Source of the DNA: Mesotaenium endlicherianum
Lineage: Eukaryota
DNA length: 64,000 bases
Direction: 5' to 3'
NCBI GenBank assembly: GCA_009602735.1
Contig: WELA01001736.1
Span: 228,534 to 292,533 of the forward strand
Shown: positions 27,141 to 40,491 of the stretch, one piece after another
How the letters are laid out: the number at the start of each line of letters is the position of its first letter
Numbering within the stretch: the stretch's first letter is position 1
Made by a program: the position numbers and the translations under genes
Notes under the pieces: generated by a model
What the model was told of the DNA's origin: nothing
The model's input: the letters and a program-made list of their open reading frames with translations, nothing else
Database searches by the model: none

Positions 27141-29124
27141 GAGGAGTGGAGGTGCTAGTCTCTTATGTACCATAAACAAAAAACAAGAACTCCAAGTGCC
27201 ATCAAGGCGGTTTTCCAAATAAATAGCGGTTGTCATTGTAGTTTGTAGAAAAGAAGGGCGTGCAAGTTGGTATTTTGTAGTCACATGCGTATATACTATG
27301 TGAATGTAGTATGTGTATGTGTAGATTTACTACATGCATATAGTATGTGCTCTTTCATTTTTGAACCTGATTGACTTATGTCGTCTTCGGAAAATCTTCA
27401 TTCACAATGTTTGAGCAGATATGGCGCGGAAGTACATGGGGGGGGTGGATTCAGCATGTCTTGAAGGTTGTGTCTGAGAATGTTAATATACGAGATAGCT
27501 GTTGCACGACACAAACTATTGCGGCCTAAGCCACACAATATGTGTTCCAGCTTGCATGCAAGTTTTATGCCTACAGTCTGCGCTGCACCATTTAAGAAAG
27601 TAACTTTATCTCACAAAGAATTGGAGGCCCAGTGGAGACCATTACAAATCTGCTGATCCTCATTCGACTCAAAGGGCCTGTATAAAGTGCATTTGAGCTA
27701 AACCGCTGCACTCTCTTGTCAATCTCATGCATCCCAGTGGGGGGGGCTGGACTTAAGATGGTGATAGCAGCAGCCATGCTGCCAAAATATGCAAAAGGTG
27801 AGAGATGGAGCTTCATCGCTGTGTCAAGCGCGCATTGTGCGCTTCTTTCATGCATGCAGTTTGAGGGCTTTAATCCTCAATAGTTTCCATCTCCAGACCT
27901 GATGCGGTTGTAAATCTGCACAAGGTCAGACCAGCACAGCAATCATATGTTCATTCATGCTCATTTTCCTCGGCATGGTTATCGGCTGTAAAGTCATTAT
28001 TTCATGTATTGCAGCCCTTGTGATGCCACCACATTGATGCAAGTAATCGACGAACTCTTCCTTAGGGTGCAACCATAATTTGCATCTAGGTGTGCATCTA
28101 GCTCCGTATGTTGCACACTCAGCAAGAGTTGGCTTCTCTTACACCCTTCATGATCGACCAATACTGTGTTCAGATACTGTGTTTGAACAGGGGATCATTT
28201 GGGGGACTGATGAAACCAGCAAATGTATTTTGACGAATGGCATCATAGGTGTGGCCCACTACAGCCCTCACTGCGCGTACATTATCAGTAGAGACTTGTA
28301 CGTGCTGCCTTCACAAATACGTTAATTTCGCGCCTGCTGCTCCCAGTATTGCAATCGCACTTGATAACTAAAAGCTCGTGAGTAAGCACACGCAATTACC
28401 TTGACTCATCTTCTACAGCATCTACATCCTACCATCTGGTTTATTCTTGCAGATTTCTTTGGCCTCGCACTCTGTGGCAAGCGCTTAGGGCATCATGTAT
28501 CATATATTCTCACAAAGTTCTTACTTTTTCAATACGTCCACGTGATAACTCCAGCAAGTTCTCCCCCCAATGGCTTGTAGTTTCTCGTATTAAGTCACTT
28601 ACAACCTCACTATTTATTTTCTTTGAATCTTCTTATTCATACACAGCGCTTCCTGTGGGCCACCAGATCTCAGAGGCCAATCAAACGCAACCCACGCTCG
28701 CACGCCCGCGGGCCGGCAGCGCCACCTGGCAGCACTGCACTCTCTAGCGAGATTATCGGAGCCAACAATAGCAAGCGAGCTGTCCTCATCTTGAAGTGCC
28801 TCCTACGCCTTCCTACTCCCGGAAACCCTGACCCTAAGTTGGTACATAAACCCGAACATCTCTTACACCCTGGCCCGGAACCCCCAAAGCCTTTTCATCC
28901 AAGAGCATTCGAGGCTTAAAAGGCCGAGCTTTTACATTTTAACATCAGCCCAAGCTCCCAATTGGGCTCAACGAGCTCGCTCAATTTTGATCTTCCTACA
29001 TGCCTACCTAGCTGGGACAAATCAACAATGCCAATATAATGCAAAACATAGGCGGGGAGAAAGTCCTCATCACTGCCGCCCAGCCCAGGCCAGGTGTCAC
29101 ACAGCCAACTCAGCAGCAGCACCA

Positions 29125-29450
29125 GACAGGTGTCCCTCAAGTATCCCTCCAGTCTGCCTCAAATGTGCCTTTATCGGTCCCTCAAGTGCTTTCAGGTGCC
29201 CCCATCTACAACATAGGCTCGTCTAAAGTGCCCCTCAGGTGCCCATGAGGTGCCTCTCAGGTCCACCTCAGGTGCCGCACTCAAATGCCCCTCAGATATC
29301 CCCCAGACTTCCCGCTCAGGCGTTGCCCAGGTACCCCTTTCAGGTGTCCCTCAAGTGTCCCCTCCAGATGTTTCTCAGGTGCCCCCTTCAGATATTCCTC
29401 AGGTGTCCCCTCAGGTGCCTGCCCAGGCGTCCTTCCTCCCTCAGGTGTCC
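29125..29450. repeat. Degenerate short tandem repeat (cctcaggtgtcc) immediately 3' of the ELOC stop codon
   Basis: Many variants of ctcaggtgtcc / ctcaagtgtcc / ctcagatatcc. The last copy is the ELOC ...GAC ACC TGA end itself. Confidence 0.8.
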
Positions 29451-32400
29451 AGGTAGTTGGCGGCCATGAGAAGCTCCAGCGCGTTCTCGGGCTCGATGTA
29501 AAACTCCGGAATGTTCTTCTGGCTGCTCACCCCCGTGACGGCCACACGCACGCACGCGCGCACGCACGCACGCATGGCATGCACACACACAGCAAGCGTA
29601 CAAACACGAGCAACAAGCAGGCACGCACGCAAGCACGTACAAACAATGAGCACGCACGCACGCTCAGTGAACGATGCCCCCACATGCTCCATGCATCATC
29701 TGTAGAGGCACAGGCACAAGCTGCAGAGCCAGCGGGGGCACGAGCAGGAGGAGCTGGGGCAGGAGCAAGGGGGGGGGGGGGNACTACACGCAACTGCCAC
29801 ACCCCCACCAGCACACGCCCGCGCATACGCCAACACGCACACACGCACGTCCAACGCGCACACGCGCGCGCGCGATTAGGCGTTGGCGCATGCACTTGGC
29901 GGGGGCGCTGCAGCGCAGCTTGTAGGCCCAGGTCGGTGGGTACTCCACCTCCGAGTGCGGGAATCGGGAATCGGGAATCGGGAATCGGGACTTGACCCGG
30001 GGTATGCTCAAGAGCTCGGCTCAGGCCTCAGGATTGGGGTTAAATTTTAAGGTTTAAGATTTGAGTTTTCGGGTTAAGATTTAATTCAAAATGGACTCTA
30101 GAATGTAATTTTAGGGTTTGTCTAGAGTTTGTTCCGGAGCTCAATACAGGGGGCTCGCAGAGGGCTTTGTCTCTGGACTTGGCGCGAGAGCCGGCTCACA
30201 GCAACCGGGCTGGGGTGGGGGCTCAGGCACACGCACACGCACACGCACACGCACACGCATGCGCACACTTGGCGGGGCGGCGTCGCCCCAAAGTGCAGCA
30301 CTGGTTCTGCCACTGCAGAGCTCCGACATATTTTTCTGGAGTTTAGGGTATTTTGCCAGATAAGGTGCCGAGCCGCGGCCGAGGGCTTCAGCTTTGGGCA
30401 ACTCAAGGATGGGGTTTACACCACGTGGTGCACACAAGGAAGGCGCACACACGGGCTCTCGGGCTCTCAAGTGCTTTGGGCACACATGCACGGACATGCA
30501 CACGGGCACACACGTGCGGGGCTGATTGGGATTTGAAGGTCCGGGCGCACGCGCTTGGGCGGGGTTACTAAAGCGCAGCGTTCAGTGCCAGAGCGGGCGT
30601 AATACCTCCAGGCTTACGAGTAAGCGCATGGCAGGGTCTCTGAGGTTGAGGGCTTAAGGCTTAGGCAGACGCACTTGAGGTCACTATATCTGGGGCTGGG
30701 GGGGANNNNNNNNNNNNNNNNNNNNNNNNNNNNNNNNNNNNNNNNNNNNNNNNNNNNNNNNNNNNNNNNNNNNNNNNNNNNNNNNNNNGGGAGAGGGGAG
30801 GGGGGAGGGAGGGGTCTGGGACAAGCGCTCGGCACTACAGCACTTGCGTGGTCCCTTGGGTGGCAGTCCAAGTGGCTCTAGTAACAGTACCCACGGCTCC
30901 CCCAAAATATTACAATTATAGAGTTTGCTTTGGGCACACACGCACACTTGAGATCACTCAGACTAACGGAGAAGAACGGGTAACCGGTTTTAGGCGCACG
31001 CACGTTGGGCACTTGTGAAATCTTCAGGTTAAGGCACACATGCTTGTGGCTACTCGGCGTTTGGGGTTTCAAAAGTAGGGCTCAAAGACACGCACTGTCA
31101 GGGTAAGGTTTAGGGTAAGACTTGGAGTAATGCCCAGGGTTCGGGGTTCACGTTTTGATACACACATACGCGTACATCTATGTGGGTATCATTGATATTT
31201 GCATGATGCTTGCAAATGCATCCAAGTGGATTTGAAGCACCGGAAAGCCCTCAGAGAGAAAGGGCTAGTATGTCTGGGAGGGTGTAGGGTTTCGTCTTCG
31301 AGGTTTTGGATTTGAAGTTTCAGATTTGAGGTTTAGCGTTCAGGAACACGCACTTGGCGGGGTTGCTGTAGCGCAGCTTGTAGTACCAGTACTGGCACAT
31401 CTTCTCCAGGATGTGTGTGCTGATCTCCGGAAAGCGCACCTCCCCCGTGTCCGTCTCCTGGAAGCCGCCTGTGCGCCACATCAGCCGGCCACGCGGCACG
31501 TGACACGTGTCATTGTTTGGGAGGTACGTCATACGCACGGGAACAAGACGTTTGCCGAGGCTTACCACCGGGCCCGGGCACAACATCTACCTACATGATG
31601 ATGATGAGGAGGAGGAGGATAAGGAGGATGATGGTTATGATGGTTGTTACGTGCGATATAGTAACGTGGGAAGTTTTCCTGTAAAAACAATAGACGACAG
31701 ACGCGAAGGGTGCTGAGATCGGTCGAGCATTCGCGTAAGAACACAATATGAAAAAAGTAAAGTCTGACGGAAACACAAACGCGCAGGCAGGCATGCAAGC
31801 ATGGACTCATGCAATGACAAGTGTCTGAATATTACACTCTCATTTTTGGTGCGCACACATCACCATCTCCTCGTCTGCAAAAGCATTCGTGTGTGCGCGT
31901 GCGTGCGTGTGTGAGTGCGTCTGCATATGCGCGCGCGCGTGTGTGCGCGTGTGTGCGAGTGCGTGTGCGTGTGTGGGTGCGTGTGTGTCATTGTGCATGT
32001 GGGAGCAAGGACGTACCCTAACTCCGTTCAGAGACTGAGGCATTCTTAAGCTTCAAATACTTTTTGCTTTTATTTGGCGACAAAACATTTCACACCATGA
32101 CGTAAATGGAAAGCTAGACAGATCTCAAGATCACCCCCAAACTGTATAAGTCCACAGCCTACTCCTATATTTGGTGCTATACACCCCCTAAGCCTCTGTG
32201 CCCTGTGCCTCTGTCCCCTGTGCCCCTGTGCCTCTGACCCCTGTGCCTCTGCACAGTCATAGCATTACGCTCCCACAGCAGAACGCTGCCGCAATATTTA
32301 CGTGTGATATAGGAAGTGATGTAAGAGGCAGAGACAAGAACGTCTCCACCTACCTTCACAGGGGCGAGCGCATGCGCTCATTGAGTATACAAAAGCAGCA

Positions 32401-33603
32401 CAGTTGCACGCAATTACAGAGGTGCCAAATATATGACTTAGTTCTCATTGACAAATAACTGAGATATTATCGATGAGAATTGAGTGCGGCATGCTCTCTG
32501 CTCCAGTCTCATGCAGGCACGTAGCCGGACCTCATCCCATTCATATGTCTCTAGGCTTATACGCATATATATGATGCTAATATACTTTATGCACACGTGT
32601 ATCATACATGTACGTCCAAAAACTGCCAGTGTGTGTGCTGTGTCTGTGCACGCGGCTGCCTATACACACACACACACACGCATACACACACACACGCACA
32701 CAAACACACACACACACACACACGTGTGTGTGTGTGTGTGTGTGTGAGTTGTTTGACGTATAATGCCTCTGCCTAAGACACCACTGCTGCAAGGTGCTGG
32801 CAACTCCTTCAAAAGCCAAATGCTTGCTTACTTTGTGACAATCCCTCCAAGTTACGCACTTCATTATCTACCATGTGCCTGATCGCTTTCAGCAGCAAAC
32901 CTCCCTCTACCAGCAGCTGCCCAGTGTCAACCTGTGACAGTCGCCAGCGGGAGGCGCTACTGCAGAACCTGATTATTGTCGCATTTTGCTATTGCAAAAC
33001 CTTATTATTGTCACATTACGCTATTGATTATAGTCACCTCACGCTACTGCAGTATTATTGTCACATCACTGTTCCCTTGGAGGGGGCTTCCATACTGGCT
33101 GGTCCTCTATGCCGGAGTGATGCAACAAACTGCTCACGTTTCGATCACGTTCTGGTTTATTACGTCTTGAGTTTGTCAGGTTTTCAATTTTTACGTTTTT
33201 TTTTTGCCATTCCTTACATGTTTCTGACGAAAGCAGTGAACAGCTGACAGCCCTTGACTGCAACATGGGTCCATAACCAACTAGAAGCCAATAAAGAGCC
33301 AGAGAATACAAGCCGTCCTCGTCGTTCATTGGTCACGTACAGACGAGAGGCCACCAAGACGAACAACTGAGCATGAAGCAGGATCAAAGGTTACAGGTCA
33401 TGGGTCCAGCCCAAAAGGGCAAACCCGAAAAACCCATAGTCTGAAAGAGAAGGAAGAGCGAGAGCGCGGCTTTGGCACGCACCTGTAGAACTAAGCATAT
33501 TTTTGAGCGTGTTGGAGACCATGGCGGCCTTTCTGGAGACGACGAAAGCAAAACCCTCTGCACTGATCAGGGTCACTGTATCCTCCTTGCGAAGAGCTAC
33601 CAT
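29441..33603 (-). CDS. ELOC: Elongin C (Skp1/BTB family), 105 aa, 3 exons
   Basis: Exons: 33603-33483, 31468-31354, 29522-29441. Translation: VTLISAEGFAFVV...SNTLKNMLSSTG|GFQETDTGEVRFPEISTHILEKMCQYWYYKLRY...IPEFYIEPENALELLMAANYLDT*. Confidence 0.93.
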
Positions 33604-36138
33604 GGTGCTATTTCAGGGAAAATAGTACTATTGTCTCCTGGAGGACGGAAACAACTGCTCAGGCTACTTGGAAGGCACACTTGACGTCAATCGTTTCCAA
33701 GTTCTTCTGGTTCACTCCGGCAGATGCCAATCGTGTGCTGGCTTTGAATGGCTCCAAAACCACTCGACGAATAGTAATATTCAGATAGTCTTCGCTTTCA
33801 TGTAAAAGTCAGGGGTGCTCCTTCACTCCTTTAGAAGACGAGTGTAATGAAACTGCAGGGCTTCTATAGGAGTGGTGGAGAAATACACCTGTTGTGGGTC
33901 GTGACCACTTGTCACATGCAGCTGGTATACCGTGTACGTTTCGTGAAATGTTGGATTCTTCAAGGCCCCCTGGGTTCCTCGAGGGAGGCCTCGAGGGCAC
34001 TTAAAGTGCTCACTCCTAAAAGGCAACGTCAACGTTATTCCTAACGGCGTCGGATGGTTGTTATCTTTGTCCAGCACCTGTACCCAATTTGGAACTGGTT
34101 CAGAGTCCAGACCGGTTCAGACGGGTCAGACAGTACTGCCGGCCACGACTATATGCCTCGACCCGTTGTGACGGACTTCGGGCGACTTCGGCCGGGGACT
34201 AGTCGCGCCAATTCTTGCTAATTGTTTTGGGCTTTACTTTGTCTCGCCCATGGTCTTGCCAAGTCTATTCCTGGTCGTCGCTTATCATCCCTGGTCAAAG
34301 CCATTTGTTACCAAGTCATAATACGTTCTATGACGTGTCACTGCGTATTACTACGATACACTACAACTGAAGTAACCAGAAACAACTGGAAACAACAAAA
34401 CAACTTAAACTTTTGTCAATGTGATTGCGCCACTTGGCATCCAGACGTGGGCACTCTGGTCAGAAGTGCGTTTTCTCTGGTCCCCTCTAATGCCTTCAAT
34501 GTGCTTCAATGTCACCGAAGTACGCCCATGGCACTTTCGATGTGCTCTCGATGACATACTTGACATTCTCCAAACTCGATGACTGCATGTCGACTTTGCA
34601 TACAGGGTGAGGAGCGACGCCCGTATAAGCTTAGAGACTTTAACAGTTTCCTTCACGCTTTACACGCGGAAAAATTCGGCGCTCTATTTTCAACTGTGAG
34701 AGAGAAGAGCTAACAAGCAATAGGTGAGCACTGTTTATCTTCCAGCTGTATTGAAGCAATAGAAATTCTCATGAAGTACAGTTAAGAAGTGTGCTCGTTA
34801 CTTAATAAGATCACTTGCATATCAACAATGAAGTTATTGGCATCAGAAAAGGTGTGATTGTACATGTGGGGTTATCCTGGCTGGCTATGAAGAAGATATA
34901 TATTGGTGCTTTGTTTGCCAAGAATACTATGTCGCTGTGGCTGCCAGCGATGTCGCTGCTAATCTTCCCTTCTTGCTTTTTCTTTGACTATATGTTGTTT
35001 GAGAAACACTACATAAGAGCACAAGAAGGCGGGGTGGCGCATCTGCGGACACGTTTCAAGCTCCTTAGTCCAAGTAGCGCGAGTAAGTAGAATAACCCAA
35101 CCCCCGCCCGTAACGTTTTTGTCCAAGAGCTATCTAAAATGAAGAATGACTTTAGGACTTTACTTGTCACCACCCAGCCACAGGGCAGAGGGGATGTATT
35201 TTATGGGATGTCAGTGTGTCAAGGAATCAATTGTGGAGGGGGGGAGGGAGGATCGATAAGCGGGTGCTTGGGAGAAGGAGGATAATTATACGACAGGGAA
35301 GGAAGTCACTGGCTGTAAGGCAAGGGTGAAGAAAGTTGATTTCGCACTAAAGGAAGTGAAGGGATGGGGAGGGAAGGAGCGTGAGCTGAAGGATTGATAA
35401 AGACGAACAGAAGGAGGGGGGGCGATTTGCAGATGAGGTTTGAGAGAGGGCAGGAAGGAAAGAAGGAGAGAGGAGGAGGCAGTAGTGGTGTTGGGGAAGG
35501 AGGAAGAAGGACGTTGACAAGGTGAACCCATGAGGATTCGAGAGAGGAGGAGGAGAAGCTGGAGGAGGAGGAGGAGGAGGAGGATGATGAGGGAGAGAAG
35601 GAGGAGGAGGAGGAAGGCAATGGGGAGGGAAGGGGAAGGGGGGATGTGCCAGCACTGGTGGAGTAGCAGGAAAATGAGGGGGTGGGGCATTGTGCAAGGA
35701 AATGGGTCAGATGGTGGAGAAACACAACCAATACGCACCAGAGTTCTGAATACGTCTTAGGCTTTGGTGATAGGGTTGAAGCTTGATGTCATGCAGTGTA
35801 GCCAGTACCTGGACCGTGTGGATGGACACACATTTGTGAGCTGACAGATGGCTGGAATCCACGCACGACTGCTGAAATAGCCGAATGGGTTTCTCTCTGC
35901 ACGCTCCTGCCTTCTGACCTGCTATCACTACTTCCGGATCGAGCACCCAACTATGAATGCAGCTACTGCCGCCCCGTCATCTTGCAGGCAAGCATTACAG
36001 CCTTGAAAACAAAGCTTTCCCCAGCCCATAAACCTGCAATCCCTTGAACCCTAAAACCTGCAAACATTCATCTTACACCAGACAGCGGAGGAAGGAGCAA
36101 GCGAGGAGCAAGCAAAAGAGGCCCAGGATCGGGGAGCC

Positions 36139-36703
36139 ATGGACAGAACAACGCCGGGGCTGAGGAGGATGGAGGGGAAGGTGGTGATTGTGACCGCCTC
36201 CACTGCTGGCATCGGCCTCGCAGTCGCGCGGCGGCTGGGGCGGGAGGGGGCCAAAGTCGTCATTTCGTCACGGAAGCAGGTGGGCCGGACTGGGACTCTG
36301 ACTGTCGCTCTGCGGAGTGACAGCTTGTGACTCTGGCTTTGAGTTAGACGGAAGCAGGTGGGGCTGGGGTTAGACTGTGGCTGTGGCTGTGGCTGTGGCT
36401 GTGGCTGCGATAGTGGCTGCTTGTGACTCTGGCTTTGAGATGGACGGTGTGAGTGTGACTGTGGCTGTGGCTGTGGCTCAGAGTGCAACTTGGCATGACT
36501 GCGGCTGCAACTGTGACAGCTCGCCCACTTCTATACCTGCCGTCAGGATATTTAGCTGCGGATCTGAGACTTTTCTCAACATATTTTCAGGGCATTCAAG
36601 CAAAGGCACTGGGCACATAAGATGCATCGTAGTAGCACTACATCAGCGTCAGTCACTGGTCATCAGTTGAAAAGGGATGTATACATAGTGTGTATGATGT
36701 TGT

Positions 36704-36747
<44 letters not shown>

Positions 36748-36884
36748 ACACATACGCGCGCGCGCACATACATACGCACACGCACACTCACACACACAAA
36801 CTCGCGCGCACATACGCACACACACGCACACTCACGCACACACACGCGCACGCGTCCGCATACGCGCACACACACACACGCACC

Positions 36885-36916
<32 letters not shown>

Positions 36917-37050
36917 TACACACACACACTCACACACACATACGCGCGCGCACATACATACACACACGCACACTCACACACACAAACACGCGCGCACATA
37001 CGCACACACACGCGCACGCGTCCGCACACGCGCACACACACACACGCACC

Positions 37051-37083
<33 letters not shown>

Positions 37084-37240
37084 ATACACACACACACTCA
37101 CACACACATACGCGCGCGCGCACATACATACGCACATGCACACTCACACACACAAACACGCGCGCACATACGCACACACACAAACACGCGCGCACATACG
37201 CACACACACGCACACTCACGCACACACACACACGCACGCA

Positions 37241-37290
<50 letters not shown>

Positions 37291-38250
37291 TTACATCTAT
37301 AAGCTTCATAACGAGACGGATCTGCATTAGGTAGGAAGCCTCTCACCCATGCTTGTTTCTCCTGTCACAGAAAAATGTCGACGACGCAGTCGCGCTGCTG
37401 AAGGGGGACGGCAGCGAGGCCACGGGGGTGGTGTGCCACGTGGGCGACGCCGGTCAACGCAAGAACCTCATCCAGTCAACTGTTGATGTAAGCACGCATG
37501 CATGGTGTGCATGCGAAGTTGTTATTCCTTGAAGCATGTGTGTGTTCTGACATGCAGCTGTACATGTATTTACTCGTGTACATATGTGCAGCATACATGA
37601 CCTTATGTTTGTGCTTTATACGCACGGACTTGCACTGTGCTATATATGCGTACATGCTTTTTCATACACATGTCTATACATGTAGACATATGCATGTAAT
37701 TTTGTGATTATATATATAAATAGATCTATCTATGTAAATAAATAAGTATATGAAGATATATACGTATATATATGTGTGCGTGTGTATATACGTACATATG
37801 TATATCTTATTGCATGCACATTTGCATTCGCGTGTGTGTGTGGATGGGCAGAAATATGGGCGCATCGACGTGCTGGTGTCCAACGCGGCCGTGAACCCGG
37901 GCGTGGGCAACATCCTGGACATGGCGGACGACCAGATCGACAAGATCTTCGACATCAACGTCAAGGCCGCCATCTACCTCGTCCGGGTGAGTGGCTCTCA
38001 TGCACCCCTCACATGGATCCGTATGTGTGTGTGTGTGTGTACACCTGTGTGTGTATGCTTGTGTGTGAGTGGGGGGAAGGATGGGGGGGAGGGGGGAAAA
38101 AGAGGATGGTGAGATGTTGGTGCATGCGTGCGTGCGTGCGTGTCTCTGCATGCTTGGGTGCGTGAGTGCACGCATGAGCGTGGGTGGGTTCGGATGCAGG
38201 GGTTTGTATGATTGTGCATGCGTGTCTATCTGCGTGCGCGTGCGCGTGCA

Positions 38251-38295
<45 letters not shown>

Positions 38296-40491
38296 ACGTG
38301 CGTTTTGACGCGTGTTAGCTTTTAGCCCAGACTGACATGCCCTCACAGCATCAGAATCAGAGTGTCATGCTTCTCTGCGACCAGCTCTTTGCGCTTCACA
38401 CCGACCGGCGCTCCTCCTCCCTCTACCTTGTGTCCATGTGCCCTCACCCACAGGATGCAGCCCCGCACATGCCAGCTGGCAGCGCCGTGGTGTTTGTGGC
38501 GTCCATAGCGGCGTTCCAGCCCTTCACTCCCCTGGGCGTGTACGGCGTCAGCAAAACCGCCCTGCTGGGCCTGGCTAAGGTGCATGCACGTCCATAAACT
38601 CCCGTGCACGTTATGCATAGACAGTCACGCGCGTTAGGTGGCTGCGTGTGCGTGAATGTCTGCGGGCTTGTGTGTGAGCATGTACAGATACTTGCGCGTG
38701 CTAGTCTTCTTCATGTGTGTGTGTGTGTGTGTATGTGCGTTTCTGTTGAAGCGTGTGTCAACGGCATGGGTGCACGTAGACGCATGTGCAAGAATGTCAC
38801 ACTATCTGTTGTCATTGCATCACTTTACTGTATCACAAAGCACAAGAGGAGTCCTGTTTTGCATGTGCCAGCTTTTTCGGCTTGCCCGCATGTCAGCCAG
38901 CTGCCAAGAAGAGGAGCGAAGGGGACGAAGCTCACGCCACGCGCCAGCTGTGCGCATCTGGTTGGATGCTGGGGGAGCAGGGCCTGGCAGTGGAGATGGG
39001 GCCAGACGTGCGCGTCAACTGCGTGGCACCTGGCATCGTCCCCACGCACTTCGCCGACGCGCTCGTCAGCAACCCTGCCAGCGTGAGCTAACTCTAAACC
39101 CGATTTTCTCTGCCTCCATCTTCCAGTGTGTGTTAACCCTAACCCCAACTTTAACCATAACACTAAACATAAGCCTAACCGCACACTGTATTCCTAAACC
39201 CTCATCCAGCCAGTGTGAGCTGCCCTGCTTTGGGGCACATCCCCTCCCCTTCTCCATGGCAGGAGGTCTTTTGCAATCAATCATTGTCTCATGCAGGAAG
39301 ACCCTCTTCTTTATTTATGTTCACTTTATTCATGCTATCATGGAGGCGCCTCCTCCTCTTCATCGCCCTCCTCCCGCCCTCCTCCAGCTCTTGTGCAACC
39401 AGTCGTGGCTTATTACACTAATCAGCAAAAAAATTGAGGCATGCTTCACGCAGGTGGATGCTGGGCCACAGGTGTCATGGTGGCGAGGCCCTCGTCCAGC
39501 ACCTCTGAATAAACGAGCACTTTCTCCGTCGCTACAACATGTGGCTCAGATTGTACCCCCCTGATCGCACTCTCTGTCACTGGGCCCTTGCTCCTGTGGA
39601 GGAGGCCACTGATTAACTCTAGCTGCCTACCAGCGAGAGGTCCGCAGAGTGGCTGGAGCAGCTGTCTCGAGAGGCCTTCAACTCTTCAATGAACTCTTCC
39701 ACTCTTCCACTCTTCAACTCCTCAACCTTAAAACGTCAATGCTTCAACCTGTTTGGCACCATCCTTGGCATGCTTTGATAGCATCTTACACGAATCTGCT
39801 AGCGTGCCTGATAGGAGCTGCACAGACTGCGCTGCTGCATGAGCCCAAGTACTCACACATGATCATATGAGATCCGCTTGCCTCCTCCTTACTGAGGCCT
39901 GTGGCCCAGCTGGTGCACCTGCGTGCGACACCTGTCTACCGTTTGTGCCCGATTGAAGTCAACGACATCCCGTTTGACGCTCACGTGACTCACGCTTTCG
40001 CATCTGTTGTTTCTGTCTTATCAATCGGGTGTATAGTATAGTCCATTGAGTGAAGTCCGTGTGTGGTGTCCGTGTGTAGTGTATGGATGTGCGTTGACCA
40101 TTGTTTTTTTAATCTGGCTTTTGGCTTGCTGCTTGTTTGATCCTGCTTTTTTCATGCCGACGCCTCGTTTTATCCTCCATTCACTTTCCGAATACACATG
40201 TACGTATGAAGCGTACACTGTGTAGCATGAAGACATGCATGGCAGTATCTTGGGAAGATGTACCTGAGGTGGGATACTCATCACCAAGTGGGATTTTCTA
40301 CTTTCTTCTTGCTTCTTTCCTCTTGTGGGTGGTGAGTGCAGAAGGAGATGATGGAGGAGAAGACGGCTCTGAAGAGGCTGGGCACGCCCGAGGACATGGC
40401 GGCAGCTGTCGCCTTCCTGGTGTCTGGCGATGCGGCGTACATCACGGGGGAGACACTTGTCGTGTCGGGGGGCATGCAGTCCAGACTATGA
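36139..40491 (+). CDS. Peroxisomal short-chain dehydrogenase/reductase (DHRS4/SDRA/IBR1-like), 256 aa, 6 exons
   Basis: Exons: 36139-36279, 37371-37487, 37852-37986, 38454-38579, 38981-39082, 40342-40491. It has the TASTAGIG Rossmann motif, VSNAAVNP, catalytic [13 protein letters not shown] and a C-terminal PTS1 (SRL*). Confidence 0.92.
36705..37290. repeat. Compound CA/CG microsatellite with higher-order duplication in SDR intron 1
   Basis: About 580 bp of (CA)n/(CG)n. The block ctcacacacacatacgcgcgcgcacatacata recurs near 36741, 36928 and 37097. Confidence 0.9.

Noticed and set aside
36622..37346. Long His/Thr- or Cys/Val-rich ORFs (also at about 850-1440, 21235 and 55006)
   Set aside because: These are translations of (CA)n/(TG)n microsatellites inside introns.
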